Shown piece after piece: positions 10,107 through 20,445 of a stretch of 64,000 nt of DNA. Below the pieces are notes generated by a model. The model had not been told where the DNA came from. It worked only from the letters and a program-made list of their open reading frames with translations, and did no database searches. The position numbers and the translations under genes were made by a program. Source of the stretch: Chakrabartia sp. (lineage in GTDB: Bacteria > Pseudomonadota > Alphaproteobacteria > Sphingomonadales > Sphingomonadaceae); NCBI GenBank assembly GCA_040398625.1, contig JBBATS010000001.1, forward strand, positions 47,212-111,211. The letters run 5' to 3'. Within the stretch, counting starts at the first letter, position 1. The number at the start of each line of letters is the position of its first letter.

Positions 10107-10679
10107 TCAGTCCTTCTGCATTCTCATCGCCACATCATTCATGAAGCGCACATCGTCTCCATCGGCCAGCCATTTGGCCTCGGCGGCAACGACGCCCAAC
10201 ATATGGGCAAGATCATCTGTTTCCGCCTTGGCAAAGTTGCCGAGGACGTAGCCTGTCACCCGGTCCTTATGGCCAGGATGGCCAATGCCAAGACGCACCC
10301 GGCGAAAATCTTCGCCGATATGGGCGATGGTGGAACGGATGCCGTTATGGCCAGCCGCCCCGCCGCCGCGCTTTACCTTCACGCGGAACGGATCGATGTC
10401 GAGCTCGTCGTAAAAGACGGTCACGTCCTTGGTCTCGAGCTTGAAGAAGCGCATCGCTTCGCCAATGCTGCGGCCGCTCTCGTTCATGAAGGTAGCGGGT
10501 TTGACGAGCAGGATCTTGTCGCTGCCAATCCGGCCTTCTGATGCCAGTCCCTGAAAGCACGTTTTCCAAGGCCCAAAAGAGAAGGTCTCGGCAATCACAT
10601 CGGCGGCCATGAACCCCACATTGTGGCGGTGCATGGCATATTGTGCGCCGGGATTACCGAGACCTGCCCAGATTTGCAC
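10107..10679 (-). CDS. pth: Peptidyl-tRNA hydrolase
   Basis: GLGNPGAQY, RHNVGF, TFMNESG, GGAAGHNGIRS, RVRLGIGHPG; GTG start. Confidence 0.97.
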   Translation of the reverse strand: MQIWAGLGNPGAQYAMHRHNVGFMAADVIAETFSFGPWKTCFQGLASEGRIGSDKILLVKPATFMNESGRSIGEAMRFFKLETKDVTVFYDELDIDPFRVKVKRGGGAAGHNGIRSTIAHIGEDFRRVRLGIGHPGHKDRVTGYVLGNFAKAETDDLAHMLGVVAAEAKWLADGDDVRFMNDVAMRMQKD

Positions 10680-10685
10680 GAACGT

Positions 10686-10780
10686 CTCCCCTCCCGCTTG
10701 CGGGAGGGGCTGGGGGAGGGCGTGTGCACACTCCCCAGAACAGACCCTCCCCTGACCCCTCCCGCAAGCGGGAGGGGAAG
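10686..10780. repeat. CIR/REP-like element, family C (CCCCTCCCGCTTGCGGGAGGGG terminal hairpins)
   Basis: Two inverted ~35-bp arms with a variable centre; a near-identical element lies at 34609-34709. Confidence 0.88.
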
Positions 10781-10790
10781 GGTATGTGGC

Positions 10791-11402
10791 TTACTCGCCT
10801 TCAGCCTTGGTGGTGTCACCTTCGGCCGACTTGAGGCCCGACGGCGCAACCAGCGTGGCAATCGTAAAGTCACGATCGGTGATCGCGCTCTTCGAGCCAG
10901 CGGGAAGTGCCACATGGCTGATGTGGATCGAATCGCCGATTTCGAGGCCCTTGAGCGAAATCTTGATGTCGTCGGGGATCAGGGCTGCATCGCAGACCAG
11001 TTCCAGATCATGACGGACGATGTTGAGCACAGCGCCGCGCTTCATGCCGGGCGACGTTTCATGGTCGACGAAGTGAACAGGGACGTTCACATGCACTTCG
11101 GAATGTTCACCGATGCGCAGGAAGTCCGCATGGAGCGGGCGTTCGCTGACGGGGTGGAAAGACACATCCTTGCAAAGCGTGCGGACCTGCGTGCCACCAA
11201 CGTCGATCATGATGACCGCGTTCATGAAGTGGCCGGTGTGCAGTGCCTTCAACAGCAGCTTTTCTTCGACGTGAATCGTCTGGGGTGCTTCGTTATTGCC
11301 GTATACGACGGCGGGGACGCGGCCCTGATTGCGCAGTGCACGAGAGGCTCCCTTGCCTTCCCGTTCGCGCGTTTCGGCCGACAGCGTCAGCTGATCGCTC
11401 AT
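10791..11402 (-). CDS. rplY: 50S ribosomal protein L25/general stress protein Ctc
   Basis: [40 protein letters not shown]; start at ATG 11402. Confidence 0.96.
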   Translation of the reverse strand: MSDQLTLSAETREREGKGASRALRNQGRVPAVVYGNNEAPQTIHVEEKLLLKALHTGHFMNAVIMIDVGGTQVRTLCKDVSFHPVSERPLHADFLRIGEHSEVHVNVPVHFVDHETSPGMKRGAVLNIVRHDLELVCDAALIPDDIKISLKGLEIGDSIHISHVALPAGSKSAITDRDFTIATLVAPSGLKSAEGDTTKAEGE

Positions 11403-11423
11403 ATGTAATCTCCGGTTAAATTT

Positions 11424-11466
11424 GCTTCTTCCGTCACGCCTCCAGGGATGACCATAACGGAAGAGC
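11424..11466 (-). promoter_or_regulatory. Candidate structured 5' leader of rplY
   Basis: mRNA GCUCUUCCGUUAUG pairs with CGUGACGGAAGAAGC (14 bp, one bulge, three G-U pairs), enclosing GUCAUCCCUGGAGG; ends ~21 nt before the ATG. Confidence 0.5.
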
Positions 11467-11521
11467 GCGCGCCTATGCGAAAACGGGCAGGAATGCAAGC
11501 AATGGTGCGCGGGGGCGCTGC

Positions 11522-12418
11522 TCAGTTGATGCGCACAGCCTCCAGGTGATTGGCCTTCAGCATGGCCTGCACGCTTTCTTTGCCTGCCAGATGCCCGGCG
11601 CCAACTGCGACGAAGACCGTGCCCGGTTGCTCCATCCGCTTGGCAATCCATCCAGCCCAACGCTGGTTGCGGTCGGTCAAAAGCACCTTCTTGATCTCCG
11701 GCATGGTGTTCATTCCGTCATTCATGACGGCGGCCAGCGTGTCGGGCTTTCCCTTGGCCCAGCTGCCGACCATGACGGATACAACTTTCTTTGCCTTTGG
11801 CATTTCTGCCACGGCTGAGTTGAGGAACTTGATCTGCTGGTCTTCCGGCAATGTGTCAAAGAACCCGATCTGCTCTTCCATGCTTTCCAAAGCGCCGATC
11901 TTCTTGGAGGCGGCTTTGGCTTCCGCCGTCAGCACCTTCTCCGCGCCCGATTCCGGATCATAACCCAGCTTCTGCATGGGGGCCATGGCGACAAGGGTAG
12001 AGGCGAACCAGGGTTCAAAGGGCTCCAGCCCTTGCGGGTCGATATCCAATGTCTTGAGCGCAGCCCGGTATTTGGCGGCGTCCTTTGGGGTCAGCTTTTG
12101 CGATAAGGGCGGCCCATCGGGGTCGATGGCGCGCGATATGACGATCTTTTGTGCCTCGGCCTCGCTTGGCTGGACCATTTCCAGAACCAGTTCATCCGAT
12201 GCATCGAAGGCGGTTTTGATCTTACCTTCCAACCACTGCGTGCCCGGCTTCAGCAAATGGATTGTACCGAACAGATAAATGGTCGTGTCTGCATCGGAGA
12301 CCTTCCACAACGCCGGTTTGGCCATGAGGACCGGAGCAGGCTTCGCTGCGGGTTCGGTTGCAGGCTCTGCTGCGGAGACGAGGAGAAGGGCCATGAGGCC
12401 GAGGGGGAGCACACGCAT
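11522..12418 (-). CDS. TraB/GumN (TIKI) family exported protein
   Basis: Signal peptide; [35 protein letters not shown]. Confidence 0.88.
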   Translation of the reverse strand: MRVLPLGLMALLLVSAAEPATEPAAKPAPVLMAKPALWKVSDADTTIYLFGTIHLLKPGTQWLEGKIKTAFDASDELVLEMVQPSEAEAQKIVISRAIDPDGPPLSQKLTPKDAAKYRAALKTLDIDPQGLEPFEPWFASTLVAMAPMQKLGYDPESGAEKVLTAEAKAASKKIGALESMEEQIGFFDTLPEDQQIKFLNSAVAEMPKAKKVVSVMVGSWAKGKPDTLAAVMNDGMNTMPEIKKVLLTDRNQRWAGWIAKRMEQPGTVFVAVGAGHLAGKESVQAMLKANHLEAVRIN

Positions 12419-12456
12419 TCCCAGTGATGTAAGGCATTAAACGTTAAAAGTAAGCG

Positions 12457-13377
12457 TCAATCGACGCGGGAAACCGCAATTCCGTTCCCCGAAAGCAGGT
12501 GCTGGAGCGAATCGGGTCCAGCCAGATGCCCCGCACCAACGGCGAATAACACCGTGCCCGGTTTTGCCATCCGGTTGGTCAGCCATCCGGTCCAGGCAAT
12601 ATTCCGCTGGCGGACCAAGACGTTGTAAAGTTCTGCACCCAGTTTCTCTTCGGTGAAGTCCGCATCAAGCTGGCTCACATCACCCGCCGCCCAAGCCCGG
12701 TCGCTCTCATTCGGGGTGTTTGGCTCGGTCGCGTCCATATCCTCCAGCGTATCCTCCAGCATTTTGCGCTGGGCATCCTCGGACAGAGCATGCATCTGCC
12801 GCAGGACGGCGCTCCCATCCTCCACAGCAAGGATGGGCCGACCGGCGCGCACAAAGGCTTTTTGCAGCACCGCCTCCACGCCATTGTCGTGTGACAGGCC
12901 ATCCTTGCTCATGTCCTCAACCGCGAGGACAAGGCTCGCCATCCAGGTCGGCATGGCGTCGTAAAATTGTTCGGGAAAGTCGGTGCGGGCGATGGCACGC
13001 TTTAGCAGCGGCCGTATGTCGGGCGCGACCCGCGCGGCGATCGGCCGGTCGGGCACCACTGGGTTGATCGTGTCGTCCACGGCACCCTCTGCCTTCTTGT
13101 CTGTCTCGGGCGAATCGACCGTCTCCAACACCAGCTCATCCGCCTGCGCGACAATCTGTTTCAGGGCAGGGGACTGCCAGCGAAAACCCTTGGGCAGCGC
13201 GTGCGTCGTGCCGAACAGATAGATGGTCGTATCGGCATCGGCGATCTTCCAGATGGCGGGGTGGGGATCGGCCGGAAGGGCGGATGACTGGCGCGCGGGG
13301 GAGGCCGCTTCGCTTGCCGGGGCAAGGAGCAAGGCAGGCAGCGCCAACATGGCGCACAGGGCCATCCGTTTCCGCAT
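12457..13377 (-). CDS. TraB/GumN (TIKI) family exported protein, paralog 2
   Basis: Signal peptide; [30 protein letters not shown]. Confidence 0.88.
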   Translation of the reverse strand: MRKRMALCAMLALPALLLAPASEAASPARQSSALPADPHPAIWKIADADTTIYLFGTTHALPKGFRWQSPALKQIVAQADELVLETVDSPETDKKAEGAVDDTINPVVPDRPIAARVAPDIRPLLKRAIARTDFPEQFYDAMPTWMASLVLAVEDMSKDGLSHDNGVEAVLQKAFVRAGRPILAVEDGSAVLRQMHALSEDAQRKMLEDTLEDMDATEPNTPNESDRAWAAGDVSQLDADFTEEKLGAELYNVLVRQRNIAWTGWLTNRMAKPGTVLFAVGAGHLAGPDSLQHLLSGNGIAVSRVD

Positions 13378-13504
13378 CTCTCTCCAGTCCGGTTTGTTGC
13401 CCGGATTGTTATGGTGGGAAGCTGCGCCCGCATGTGGCCTTCGTCAAGGCGATTCCGCTCCACTTTGCTTGACCGTAGCGGCCCCATCCGCCAAAGGCGC
13501 GGCC

Positions 13505-14407
13505 ATGGCGGCGGACAATCAAAGCTTGAGCTTTCAGGACCTGATCCTGACCCTTCACGATTATTGGGGAAAGCAGGGATGTGTCATCCTGCAACCCTAT
13601 GACATGCGCGTGGGCGCGGGGACCTTTCACCCTGCGACGACGCTGCGTGCGCTTGGCCCGGAAAGCTGGAATGCCGCTTATGTGCAGCCCTCCCGCCGTC
13701 CGACCGACGGGCGTTATGGGGAGAACCCCAACCGGCTGCAGCATTATTACCAATATCAGGTGATCATGAAGCCGAGCCCGGCGAACCTGCAGGAGCTCTA
13801 TCTGGGCTCGCTCGACGCCATCGGTATCGATCCGCTCAAGCACGACGTCCGCTTTGTGGAGGATGACTGGGAAAGCCCGACGCTGGGCGCCTGGGGCCTT
13901 GGCTGGGAAGTCTGGTGTGACGGGATGGAAGTCACCCAATTCACCTATTTCCAGCAGGTTGGCGGCTATGATTGCAAGCCCGTCGCAGGCGAGTTGACCT
14001 ATGGGTTGGAACGTCTGGCCATGTACATTCAAGGCGTCGACCGCGTGTACGACCTGCGCTTCAACAACCACGGCGTCAGCTATGGCGACGTCTTCCTTGA
14101 GAATGAACGCCAGTTTTCGAAGTACAACTTCGAGGTCGCAGACACCGCCGCGTTGTTCGTCGGATTTGCGAAGGCCGAGGCCGAGTGCCAGCGTTGCATC
14201 GAAGCGGGTGTGCCGCTTGCTGCCTATGATCAGGCGATTGAGGCGAGCCACTTGTTCAACCTGTTGCAGGCACGCGGCGTCATCTCCGTGCAGGAACGCG
14301 CCAGCTATATGGGCCGCGTCCGCGATCTGGCGAAGGGCAGCTGTCAGGCTTGGATCGAAAAGCAGACGCCCGAATGGACTGAGAAATTCCCGGGGTGGAC
14401 GGCATGA
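13505..14407 (+). CDS. glyQ: Glycine-tRNA ligase alpha subunit
   Basis: [56 protein letters not shown]; start at ATG 13505. Confidence 0.98.
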   Translation: MAADNQSLSFQDLILTLHDYWGKQGCVILQPYDMRVGAGTFHPATTLRALGPESWNAAYVQPSRRPTDGRYGENPNRLQHYYQYQVIMKPSPANLQELYLGSLDAIGIDPLKHDVRFVEDDWESPTLGAWGLGWEVWCDGMEVTQFTYFQQVGGYDCKPVAGELTYGLERLAMYIQGVDRVYDLRFNNHGVSYGDVFLENERQFSKYNFEVADTAALFVGFAKAEAECQRCIEAGVPLAAYDQAIEASHLFNLLQARGVISVQERASYMGRVRDLAKGSCQAWIEKQTPEWTEKFPGWTA

Positions 14408-16566
14408 CCGACTTCCTCCTCGAACTCCTCTCCGAAGAAATCCCGGCGCGCATGCAGGACAAGGCGCGGGATGATCTTGCGCGCCTGTTCTCAGCGGAAC
14501 TTGATAAGGCGGGCCTGAAGGCTGCCGACCTCATCACCTATGCGACCCCGCGCCGTTTGGCGTTGATTGCCAAGGGCTTGCCGCTGGAAACGCAGGCGGT
14601 TTCCGAAGAAACCAAGGGGCCAAAGGTCGGCGCGCCGCCACAGGCGATGGAAGGTTTCCTCCGAAAGGCCGGCCTCACGCAGGACCAGTTGGTTGAGCGC
14701 GACGGCGTCTATTTCGCGGTTGTTGAAAAGCCGGGCCGCAAAACGGCGGACGTGCTGGCAGAGGCCATCCCCACGATCATCCGCGCCTTCCCATGGCCCA
14801 AATCACAGCGCTGGGGCGCCGCCTCCCGCTCGACCGAGAGCTTGCGCTGGGTGCGTCCGTTGCAGGGCATCATCGCGCTATTGGGCGACGATGTTGTCCC
14901 TTGCGAGATTGACGGCATCACCAGCGCCGCCGCGACGATGGGCCACCGCTTCCATCATTCCGGCCCCGTCACCATCAGCAATGCGGATGATTATGCCGCA
15001 AAGCTGAAGGCGGCGCACGTCATCGTCGATCAGGACGAACGCCGCGCGATCATCCGTGCGGGTGCCGAAAAGGCGGCGGCGGATGCGGGCCTTGTGCTCG
15101 TGCCCGACGAAGGCTTGGTCAATGAGAATAGCGGCCTGACCGAATGGCCCGTGCCGATGCTCGGCCGCTTTGATCCCGATTATCTGACTGTGCCCGAAGA
15201 AGTCATCCAGCTCACCGCGCGCGTGAACCAGAAATACTTCATCTGCCGTGATGCGGCAGGCAAGCTCGCCAATGCGTTCATCTGCACAGCAAACATCGTC
15301 GCCAATGATGGTGGCGCTGTGATCGTTGCGGGCAATGAGAAGGTGCTGGCCGCGCGGTTGAGCGATGCGCGCTTCTTCTACGACACCGATTTGAAAACCA
15401 GCCTTGAGGTGCATGCCGAAAAGCTGAAGGACATCGTCTTCCACGAAAAGCTGGGGACTGTGGCCGATAAGGTCGAGCGCGTGGCGAAGTTGGCGCGCTG
15501 GTTGGTTGAGAATGATATCGTCACCCCAGCGCAGGCTGGGGTCTCCGGTGCCGAGATGCCAGCCTCCGCTGGCATGACGAAGGAGCGGCTGGCCGACATG
15601 GCCGAACGCGCCGCGCGTCTGGCGAAGGCCGATCTTGTCACCGGCATGGTCGGGGAGTTCCCTGAACTTCAGGGGCTTATGGGCGGATATTATGCCGCCG
15701 CCCAAGGTGAACCCGTCGAAGTCGCCGCCGCCGTGCGCGACCACTACAAGCCGGTCGGGCAGGGCGATGACGTGCCGACCGCGCCGGTGACGGTGGCGGT
15801 GAGCTTGGCGGATAAGCTGGATACGCTTGTGTCGTTTTTCTTTGCTGACATGCCGCCCACCGGATCGAAGGATCCTTTCGCGCTCCGGCGTGCCGCACTT
15901 AGCGTCCTCGAATTGTTGACGAGGAACAACCTGCGTTTCAGCCTTTGGGAGACAATCACGAACGCCCTAGCAGGGCTGACGAAGCAGCGCTGTTGGGACA
16001 GCATGCAGGACAGCGAATACGAAGCCCATCAAGCTGGATTGAAGCGCGCGTTTGCGACGCTGCCGGACTTCTTCGCCGACCGCCTCAAGGTCCAGCAGAA
16101 GGGAGCCGGCGTCCGCCACGACCTGATCGACGCGGTGTTTGCCCTCGGCGGTGAGGACGACCTCGTCCGCCTGTTGGCCCGCGTGAAGGCGCTTCAGGCC
16201 TTCGTCACAACAGAGGACGGCACTAACCTTCTCGCCGGATACAAGCGCGCCGCGAATATCCTGAAAAAAGAAGGCGTTGAGAACCTTACGGCGAAGTCAC
16301 TTTCCTATGCGCCCGCTCCGGAGGAAACGGCGCTCATCAACGCGCTTGATTCGGCAGAGCCGCAGGCCGCTGCCGCGATCGCGCGGGAGGATTTTGAAGG
16401 GGCCATGGCGGCGCTTGCGTTGCTGCGCGCGCCGATTGATGCGTTTTTTGACAAGGTGATCGTGAATGATCCGGACGAAGAGAAGCGACTGGCACGATTG
16501 GCCATGCTCGCGCGCGTCCGCGATGCCGTTCATCAGGTGGCCGACTTCTCCCGTATTGAGGGATGA
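14404..16566 (+). CDS. glyS: Glycine-tRNA ligase beta subunit
   Basis: [57 protein letters not shown]; ATGA overlap with glyQ. Confidence 0.97.
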   Translation: MTDFLLELLSEEIPARMQDKARDDLARLFSAELDKAGLKAADLITYATPRRLALIAKGLPLETQAVSEETKGPKVGAPPQAMEGFLRKAGLTQDQLVERDGVYFAVVEKPGRKTADVLAEAIPTIIRAFPWPKSQRWGAASRSTESLRWVRPLQGIIALLGDDVVPCEIDGITSAAATMGHRFHHSGPVTISNADDYAAKLKAAHVIVDQDERRAIIRAGAEKAAADAGLVLVPDEGLVNENSGLTEWPVPMLGRFDPDYLTVPEEVIQLTARVNQKYFICRDAAGKLANAFICTANIVANDGGAVIVAGNEKVLAARLSDARFFYDTDLKTSLEVHAEKLKDIVFHEKLGTVADKVERVAKLARWLVENDIVTPAQAGVSGAEMPASAGMTKERLADMAERAARLAKADLVTGMVGEFPELQGLMGGYYAAAQGEPVEVAAAVRDHYKPVGQGDDVPTAPVTVAVSLADKLDTLVSFFFADMPPTGSKDPFALRRAALSVLELLTRNNLRFSLWETITNALAGLTKQRCWDSMQDSEYEAHQAGLKRAFATLPDFFADRLKVQQKGAGVRHDLIDAVFALGGEDDLVRLLARVKALQAFVTTEDGTNLLAGYKRAANILKKEGVENLTAKSLSYAPAPEETALINALDSAEPQAAAAIAREDFEGAMAALALLRAPIDAFFDKVIVNDPDEEKRLARLAMLARVRDAVHQVADFSRIEG
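15519..15579 (+). repeat. REP-like palindromic element (family D, GTCACCCC...ATGACG type) in frame within glyS
   Basis: CGTCA terminal repeat with hairpins CCCCAGC/GCTGGGG, GTCTC/GAGAT and ATGCCAGC/GCTGGCAT; translates as [20 protein letters not shown]. Confidence 0.85.
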
Positions 16567-16575
16567 CGAGATTAT

Positions 16576-16609
16576 CCCGCTCCCCTTGAGGGAGAGGGCA
16601 GGGTTCGGG
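16576..16609. repeat. Partial CIR/REP-like unit between glyS and ppdK
   Basis: CTCCC-CTTGA-GGGAG-AGGGCAGGG resembles one arm of family C. Confidence 0.5.
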
Positions 16610-16617
16610 AGTAGCAA

Positions 16618-19275
16618 ATGACGCAATATGTGTACCGTTTCGGCGGCGGTGTTTCGGACGGTGATGACGCGACGCGGGGCAATAAGAACCTGCTCGGCGG
16701 CAAGGGCGCGAACCTTGATGGCATGGCGTCCATCGGCCTGCCGGTGCCCCCCGGTTTCACCATCACGACCGAAATGTGCACGCGTTATTATGCCGAAGGG
16801 CAAAGCTTCCCCGACAGCGTCCGCGCGGAAGTGGCAGGCGGCGTTGCGCATATTGAGGCGGTGACCGGCAAGAAGTTTGGTGACGCAGGCGATCCGATGC
16901 TCGTCTCCGTCCGCTCCGGCGCGCGCGTGTCGATGCCGGGCATGATGGACACGGTCCTCAACCTTGGCCTCAATGATGAGACGGTCGTCGGCCTCGCGGC
17001 ATCGTCCGGCGATGCCCGCTTTGCCTGGGACAGCTATCGCCGCTTCATCCAGATGTATTCGGACGTCGTGCTCGAACTCGATCATGGTGCGTTTGAAGAG
17101 GCGCTGGAAATCGCAAAGGAAGATCGCGGCTATTTCCTCGATACTGAAATGCTCGCGGAAGACTGGCAGGCGCTGGTTGCGGAATACAAAACGCTCGTTG
17201 AACAGCAATGGGGCAAGCCCTTCCCGCAGGACGTGCATGACCAGCTCTGGGGTGCCGTCGGCGCGGTGTTCGGATCATGGGAGGCAGATCGCGCCAAGGT
17301 CTATCGCCGGTTGAACAGCATCCCCGGAGACTGGGGCACCGCCGTCAATGTGCAGGCAATGGTGTTCGGCAATATGGGCGACACGTCCGCAACGGGCGTG
17401 GCCTTCACGCGCGACCCGGCGACCGGCGAGAATGCCTATTATGGCGAATTCCTGATCAACGCGCAGGGCGAGGACGTCGTCGCGGGCATCCGCACGCCGC
17501 AGTATCTGACCAAGGCCGCCCGTGAGCGCGCCAATGCCAAGCCGCTCTCGATGGAAGAGGCGATGCCGGAAGTGTACGGCCAGCTCGCCGACGTCTTCCG
17601 CATCCTCGAAACGCACTACCGCGACATGCAGGACATTGAGTTTACCGTGGAACGCGGCAAGCTGTGGATGCTCCAGACGCGCTCGGGCAAGCGCACGGCA
17701 AAGGCCGCGCTCAAGATCGCGGTCGACATGGCGAATGAAGGCCTCATCACCCAAAATGAAGCCATCCTGCGCGTCGAGCCCTCAGCGCTGGACCAGTTGC
17801 TCCACCCCACACTTGACCCTAGCGCCAAGCGCGATGTGCTGACCAAGGGTCTGCCCGCTTCTCCGGGGGCTGCGTCAGGCAAGATTGTGTTTGATGCTGA
17901 TACTGCCGAACGGGCCGCCGCTGATGGGCAGAGCGTCATCCTCGTCCGCACAGAAACGTCGCCTGAGGATATTCACGGCATGCACGCGGCCAAGGGCATC
18001 CTGACCGCACGTGGTGGCATGACGAGCCATGCGGCGGTCGTGGCGCGCGGCATGGGCCGCCCCTGCGTGTCGGGGGCCGGTGGCATCTCAATCGACAGCA
18101 AGGCCAAGCAACTGCGCGTCGGCGACCGGACTTTGGGCGAAGGCGATATTCTGACGCTGGATGGCTCCACCGGGGAAGTCATGGCCGGAGCGGTCGAGAC
18201 GGTTCAACCAGAGTTGGTCGGTGATTTCGGCGTGCTCATGGAATGGGCCGATAAGATCCGCCGCATGAAGGTGCGTGCCAATGCGGAAACGCCGCTTGAT
18301 GCACAAACCGCGCGTGATTTTGGCGCGGAAGGCATCGGCCTGTGTCGGACCGAACATATGTTCTTCGATGCCGGTCGTATCACTGCCGTTCGCCAGATGA
18401 TCTTGGCCGACAGTGAAAAGGGCAGGCGTGCCGCCCTTGAGAAGCTGCTGCCCGAACAGCGCGCGGACTTTGTTGCCATTTTCAAGGTGATGGCGGGTCT
18501 TCCTGTCACCATCCGTCTGCTTGATCCGCCGCTGCATGAATTCCTGCCGCATCAGGAAAGCGAATTTGCCGAAGTCGCTGAAGCCGCCGGCGTCGACGTT
18601 GAGGTCCTCAAGCGCCGCGCGGCGGACCTGTTTGAGTTCAACCCCATGCTCGGCCATCGCGGCTGCCGACTGGGCGTGACCTATCCCGAAATCTACGAGA
18701 TGCAGGCCCGTGCCATTTTTGAAGCCGCCTGTGCGCTCGAGACGGCACCTGTCCCGGAAATCATGATCCCGCTCGTCGCGACCAAGCGCGAGCTGGAGTT
18801 GATGAAGGATGTGGTGGATGCCGCAGCAGAGGCCGTCTTTGCCGAAAAGGGCAAGCGCATCGAGTATCTCGTCGGCACGATGATCGAACTGCCGCGCGCA
18901 GCACTCAAGGCAGGCGAGATCGCCGAGGTGGGCGAGTTCTTCAGCTTTGGCACCAACGATCTCACGCAGACGACGCTTGGCGTCTCCCGCGATGACGCGG
19001 CCCGTTTCCTGACGACATACGTCGACAAGGGCATCTACCCGCAGGACCCGTTCGTTTCGATTGATGAAGAAGGCGTGGGCGAGCTTATCGCGCTGGCCGC
19101 AGAACGCGGTCGTAAGACCCGGCCCGACATCAAGATGGGCATTTGCGGTGAACATGGCGGCGATCCGCGCTCCATCGCGTTCTGCGAAAAGACCGGCCTC
19201 GATTACGTCTCGGCCTCGCCCTATCGCGTGCCGATCGCGCGGTTGGCAGCAGCACAGGCAGCACTTCGCAAATAG
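16618..19275 (+). CDS. ppdK: Pyruvate, phosphate dikinase
   Basis: LLGGKGANL, LVSVRSGARVSMPGMMDT, GGMTSHAAVVARG (phospho-His), GLCRTEHMF, FSFGTNDLTQ, GICGEHGG. Confidence 0.98.
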   Translation: MTQYVYRFGGGVSDGDDATRGNKNLLGGKGANLDGMASIGLPVPPGFTITTEMCTRYYAEGQSFPDSVRAEVAGGVAHIEAVTGKKFGDAGDPMLVSVRSGARVSMPGMMDTVLNLGLNDETVVGLAASSGDARFAWDSYRRFIQMYSDVVLELDHGAFEEALEIAKEDRGYFLDTEMLAEDWQALVAEYKTLVEQQWGKPFPQDVHDQLWGAVGAVFGSWEADRAKVYRRLNSIPGDWGTAVNVQAMVFGNMGDTSATGVAFTRDPATGENAYYGEFLINAQGEDVVAGIRTPQYLTKAARERANAKPLSMEEAMPEVYGQLADVFRILETHYRDMQDIEFTVERGKLWMLQTRSGKRTAKAALKIAVDMANEGLITQNEAILRVEPSALDQLLHPTLDPSAKRDVLTKGLPASPGAASGKIVFDADTAERAAADGQSVILVRTETSPEDIHGMHAAKGILTARGGMTSHAAVVARGMGRPCVSGAGGISIDSKAKQLRVGDRTLGEGDILTLDGSTGEVMAGAVETVQPELVGDFGVLMEWADKIRRMKVRANAETPLDAQTARDFGAEGIGLCRTEHMFFDAGRITAVRQMILADSEKGRRAALEKLLPEQRADFVAIFKVMAGLPVTIRLLDPPLHEFLPHQESEFAEVAEAAGVDVEVLKRRAADLFEFNPMLGHRGCRLGVTYPEIYEMQARAIFEAACALETAPVPEIMIPLVATKRELELMKDVVDAAAEAVFAEKGKRIEYLVGTMIELPRAALKAGEIAEVGEFFSFGTNDLTQTTLGVSRDDAARFLTTYVDKGIYPQDPFVSIDEEGVGELIALAAERGRKTRPDIKMGICGEHGGDPRSIAFCEKTGLDYVSASPYRVPIARLAAAQAALRK

Positions 19276-19351
19276 GGCGCTTTCATTTTTTCTTGGCCCC
19301 CAACGGCGCACGCGTTAGCGTCGCTGAAAATAAAGGGGAGGGTCGAGAAAA

Positions 19352-19930
19352 ATGAAGAGGTGGCAACGCTATACGCTTGGCGTGGCGGTCGGGTTGGCTG
19401 CGGGCTTTGGTCTCGTCTGGCAGGAAACAGGCTCTGCCTTTGACAGTGGTAGCGTGACCAATGGTATTTGGTCGACCTCGCTCAACTACGGCATCGCATC
19501 GGCCGACCCGTTGACCCGCGCAGCGGTTGCACGGCGGGGTCTGCTCGCGTTGCCGAAGACCGAAACCGTTTATTGGGCGGCTTCGCGTGACAGCGATGGC
19601 AAGCCGCTCGACGGGTCGTGCACCTATGAACTCACGGGCAAGGCGCTCGACTCCCGCTGGTGGAGTGTGACTTACTATGACCGGGATGGCTATCTCGTCC
19701 CCAATGATGCGCGCATCTGGTCCTTCAGTGGAGCGTCGATCACGCCAGAAGAAAAAGCCGGTTGGAAGGTGACAATTTCTCCCGCGAAGCCTGTAGCCGG
19801 TCACTGGCTGCCCGGCGTCAAGGGCCAGCCCTTTGAGCTGACCCTGCGGATGTACAATCCCGGCCCCGCTTTTGTGAAGGACCCCAAGGCCGCAGAGCTG
19901 CCCGTTTTGAAGAAGGAGGGCTGCGCATGA
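19352..19930 (+). CDS. DUF1214 domain protein with N-terminal anchor
   Basis: ETVYW...RDSDGKPLDGSCTY, RWWSVTYYD, WLP, FELTLRMYNP; RBS GGGGAGG. Confidence 0.8.
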   Translation: MKRWQRYTLGVAVGLAAGFGLVWQETGSAFDSGSVTNGIWSTSLNYGIASADPLTRAAVARRGLLALPKTETVYWAASRDSDGKPLDGSCTYELTGKALDSRWWSVTYYDRDGYLVPNDARIWSFSGASITPEEKAGWKVTISPAKPVAGHWLPGVKGQPFELTLRMYNPGPAFVKDPKAAELPVLKKEGCA

Positions 19931-20445
19931 AACGGTGGTTTGGACCCACAGCCGTTGCGCTGCTCGTTGCCGCTGCCGCTTGGCATGGCGGCCTTGCCTT
20001 GGCGACTTATGGCCTGATGGAAGCTGCCGTCCGCAAGACAGCGGCTGATACCGGTCTCAACAAGATGCGGTACAATGCGCTCGCCACGCCGGAGAACCAG
20101 CCGGTTGTCCGGCCCAGCCCGGACTTGGCCTATGCTGCCTGCGCTTATGATCTGACCGACGGCCCGGTTGTAGTGACGATGGCACCAGTGCCGGGCCGCT
20201 ATTCGTCGCTGAGTGTCTTCGATGCGCGAACCGACGTGGTGTTCGTCCGCAATGACCAGCAAGCGAAGGAAAAGCCCTTCCAGATCGTCATCGCGCGCGA
20301 CGGGCAGGCCGTTCCTGCGGGCAAAGAGGTTGTGCGTGTTGGCTATGACCGCGGGATCGCGCTTGTCCGCCTCTTGCTCAATACGCCGTCAGAGATCAAA
20401 TCTCTGGAGCCTCTCCGGCGGCAGTCGAGCTGCCGCCAGATTTAG
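19927..20445 (+). CDS. DUF1254 domain protein
   Basis: VVRPSPDLAYAACAYDLTDGPV, RYSSLSVFD, GIALVRLL; ATGA overlap with the DUF1214 gene. Confidence 0.78.
   Translation: MKRWFGPTAVALLVAAAAWHGGLALATYGLMEAAVRKTAADTGLNKMRYNALATPENQPVVRPSPDLAYAACAYDLTDGPVVVTMAPVPGRYSSLSVFDARTDVVFVRNDQQAKEKPFQIVIARDGQAVPAGKEVVRVGYDRGIALVRLLLNTPSEIKSLEPLRRQSSCRQI

Noticed and set aside
12437-12447. TTAA-N3-TTAA between the TraB paralogs as a CtrA site
   Set aside because: Spacing is 3, not 7.
11522-13377. TraB name suggesting conjugation
   Set aside because: TraB/GumN is the pheromone-shutdown/TIKI family; no T4SS or relaxase genes are present.
16297-19311. Long antisense ORFs (313 aa and 407 aa) over glyS/ppdK, with similar ones over gcvP (34847-35995, 36295-37659), ychF and glyQ
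   Set aside because: Shadow frames expected in high-GC coding DNA; no recognisable motifs, and they lie opposite well-supported genes.
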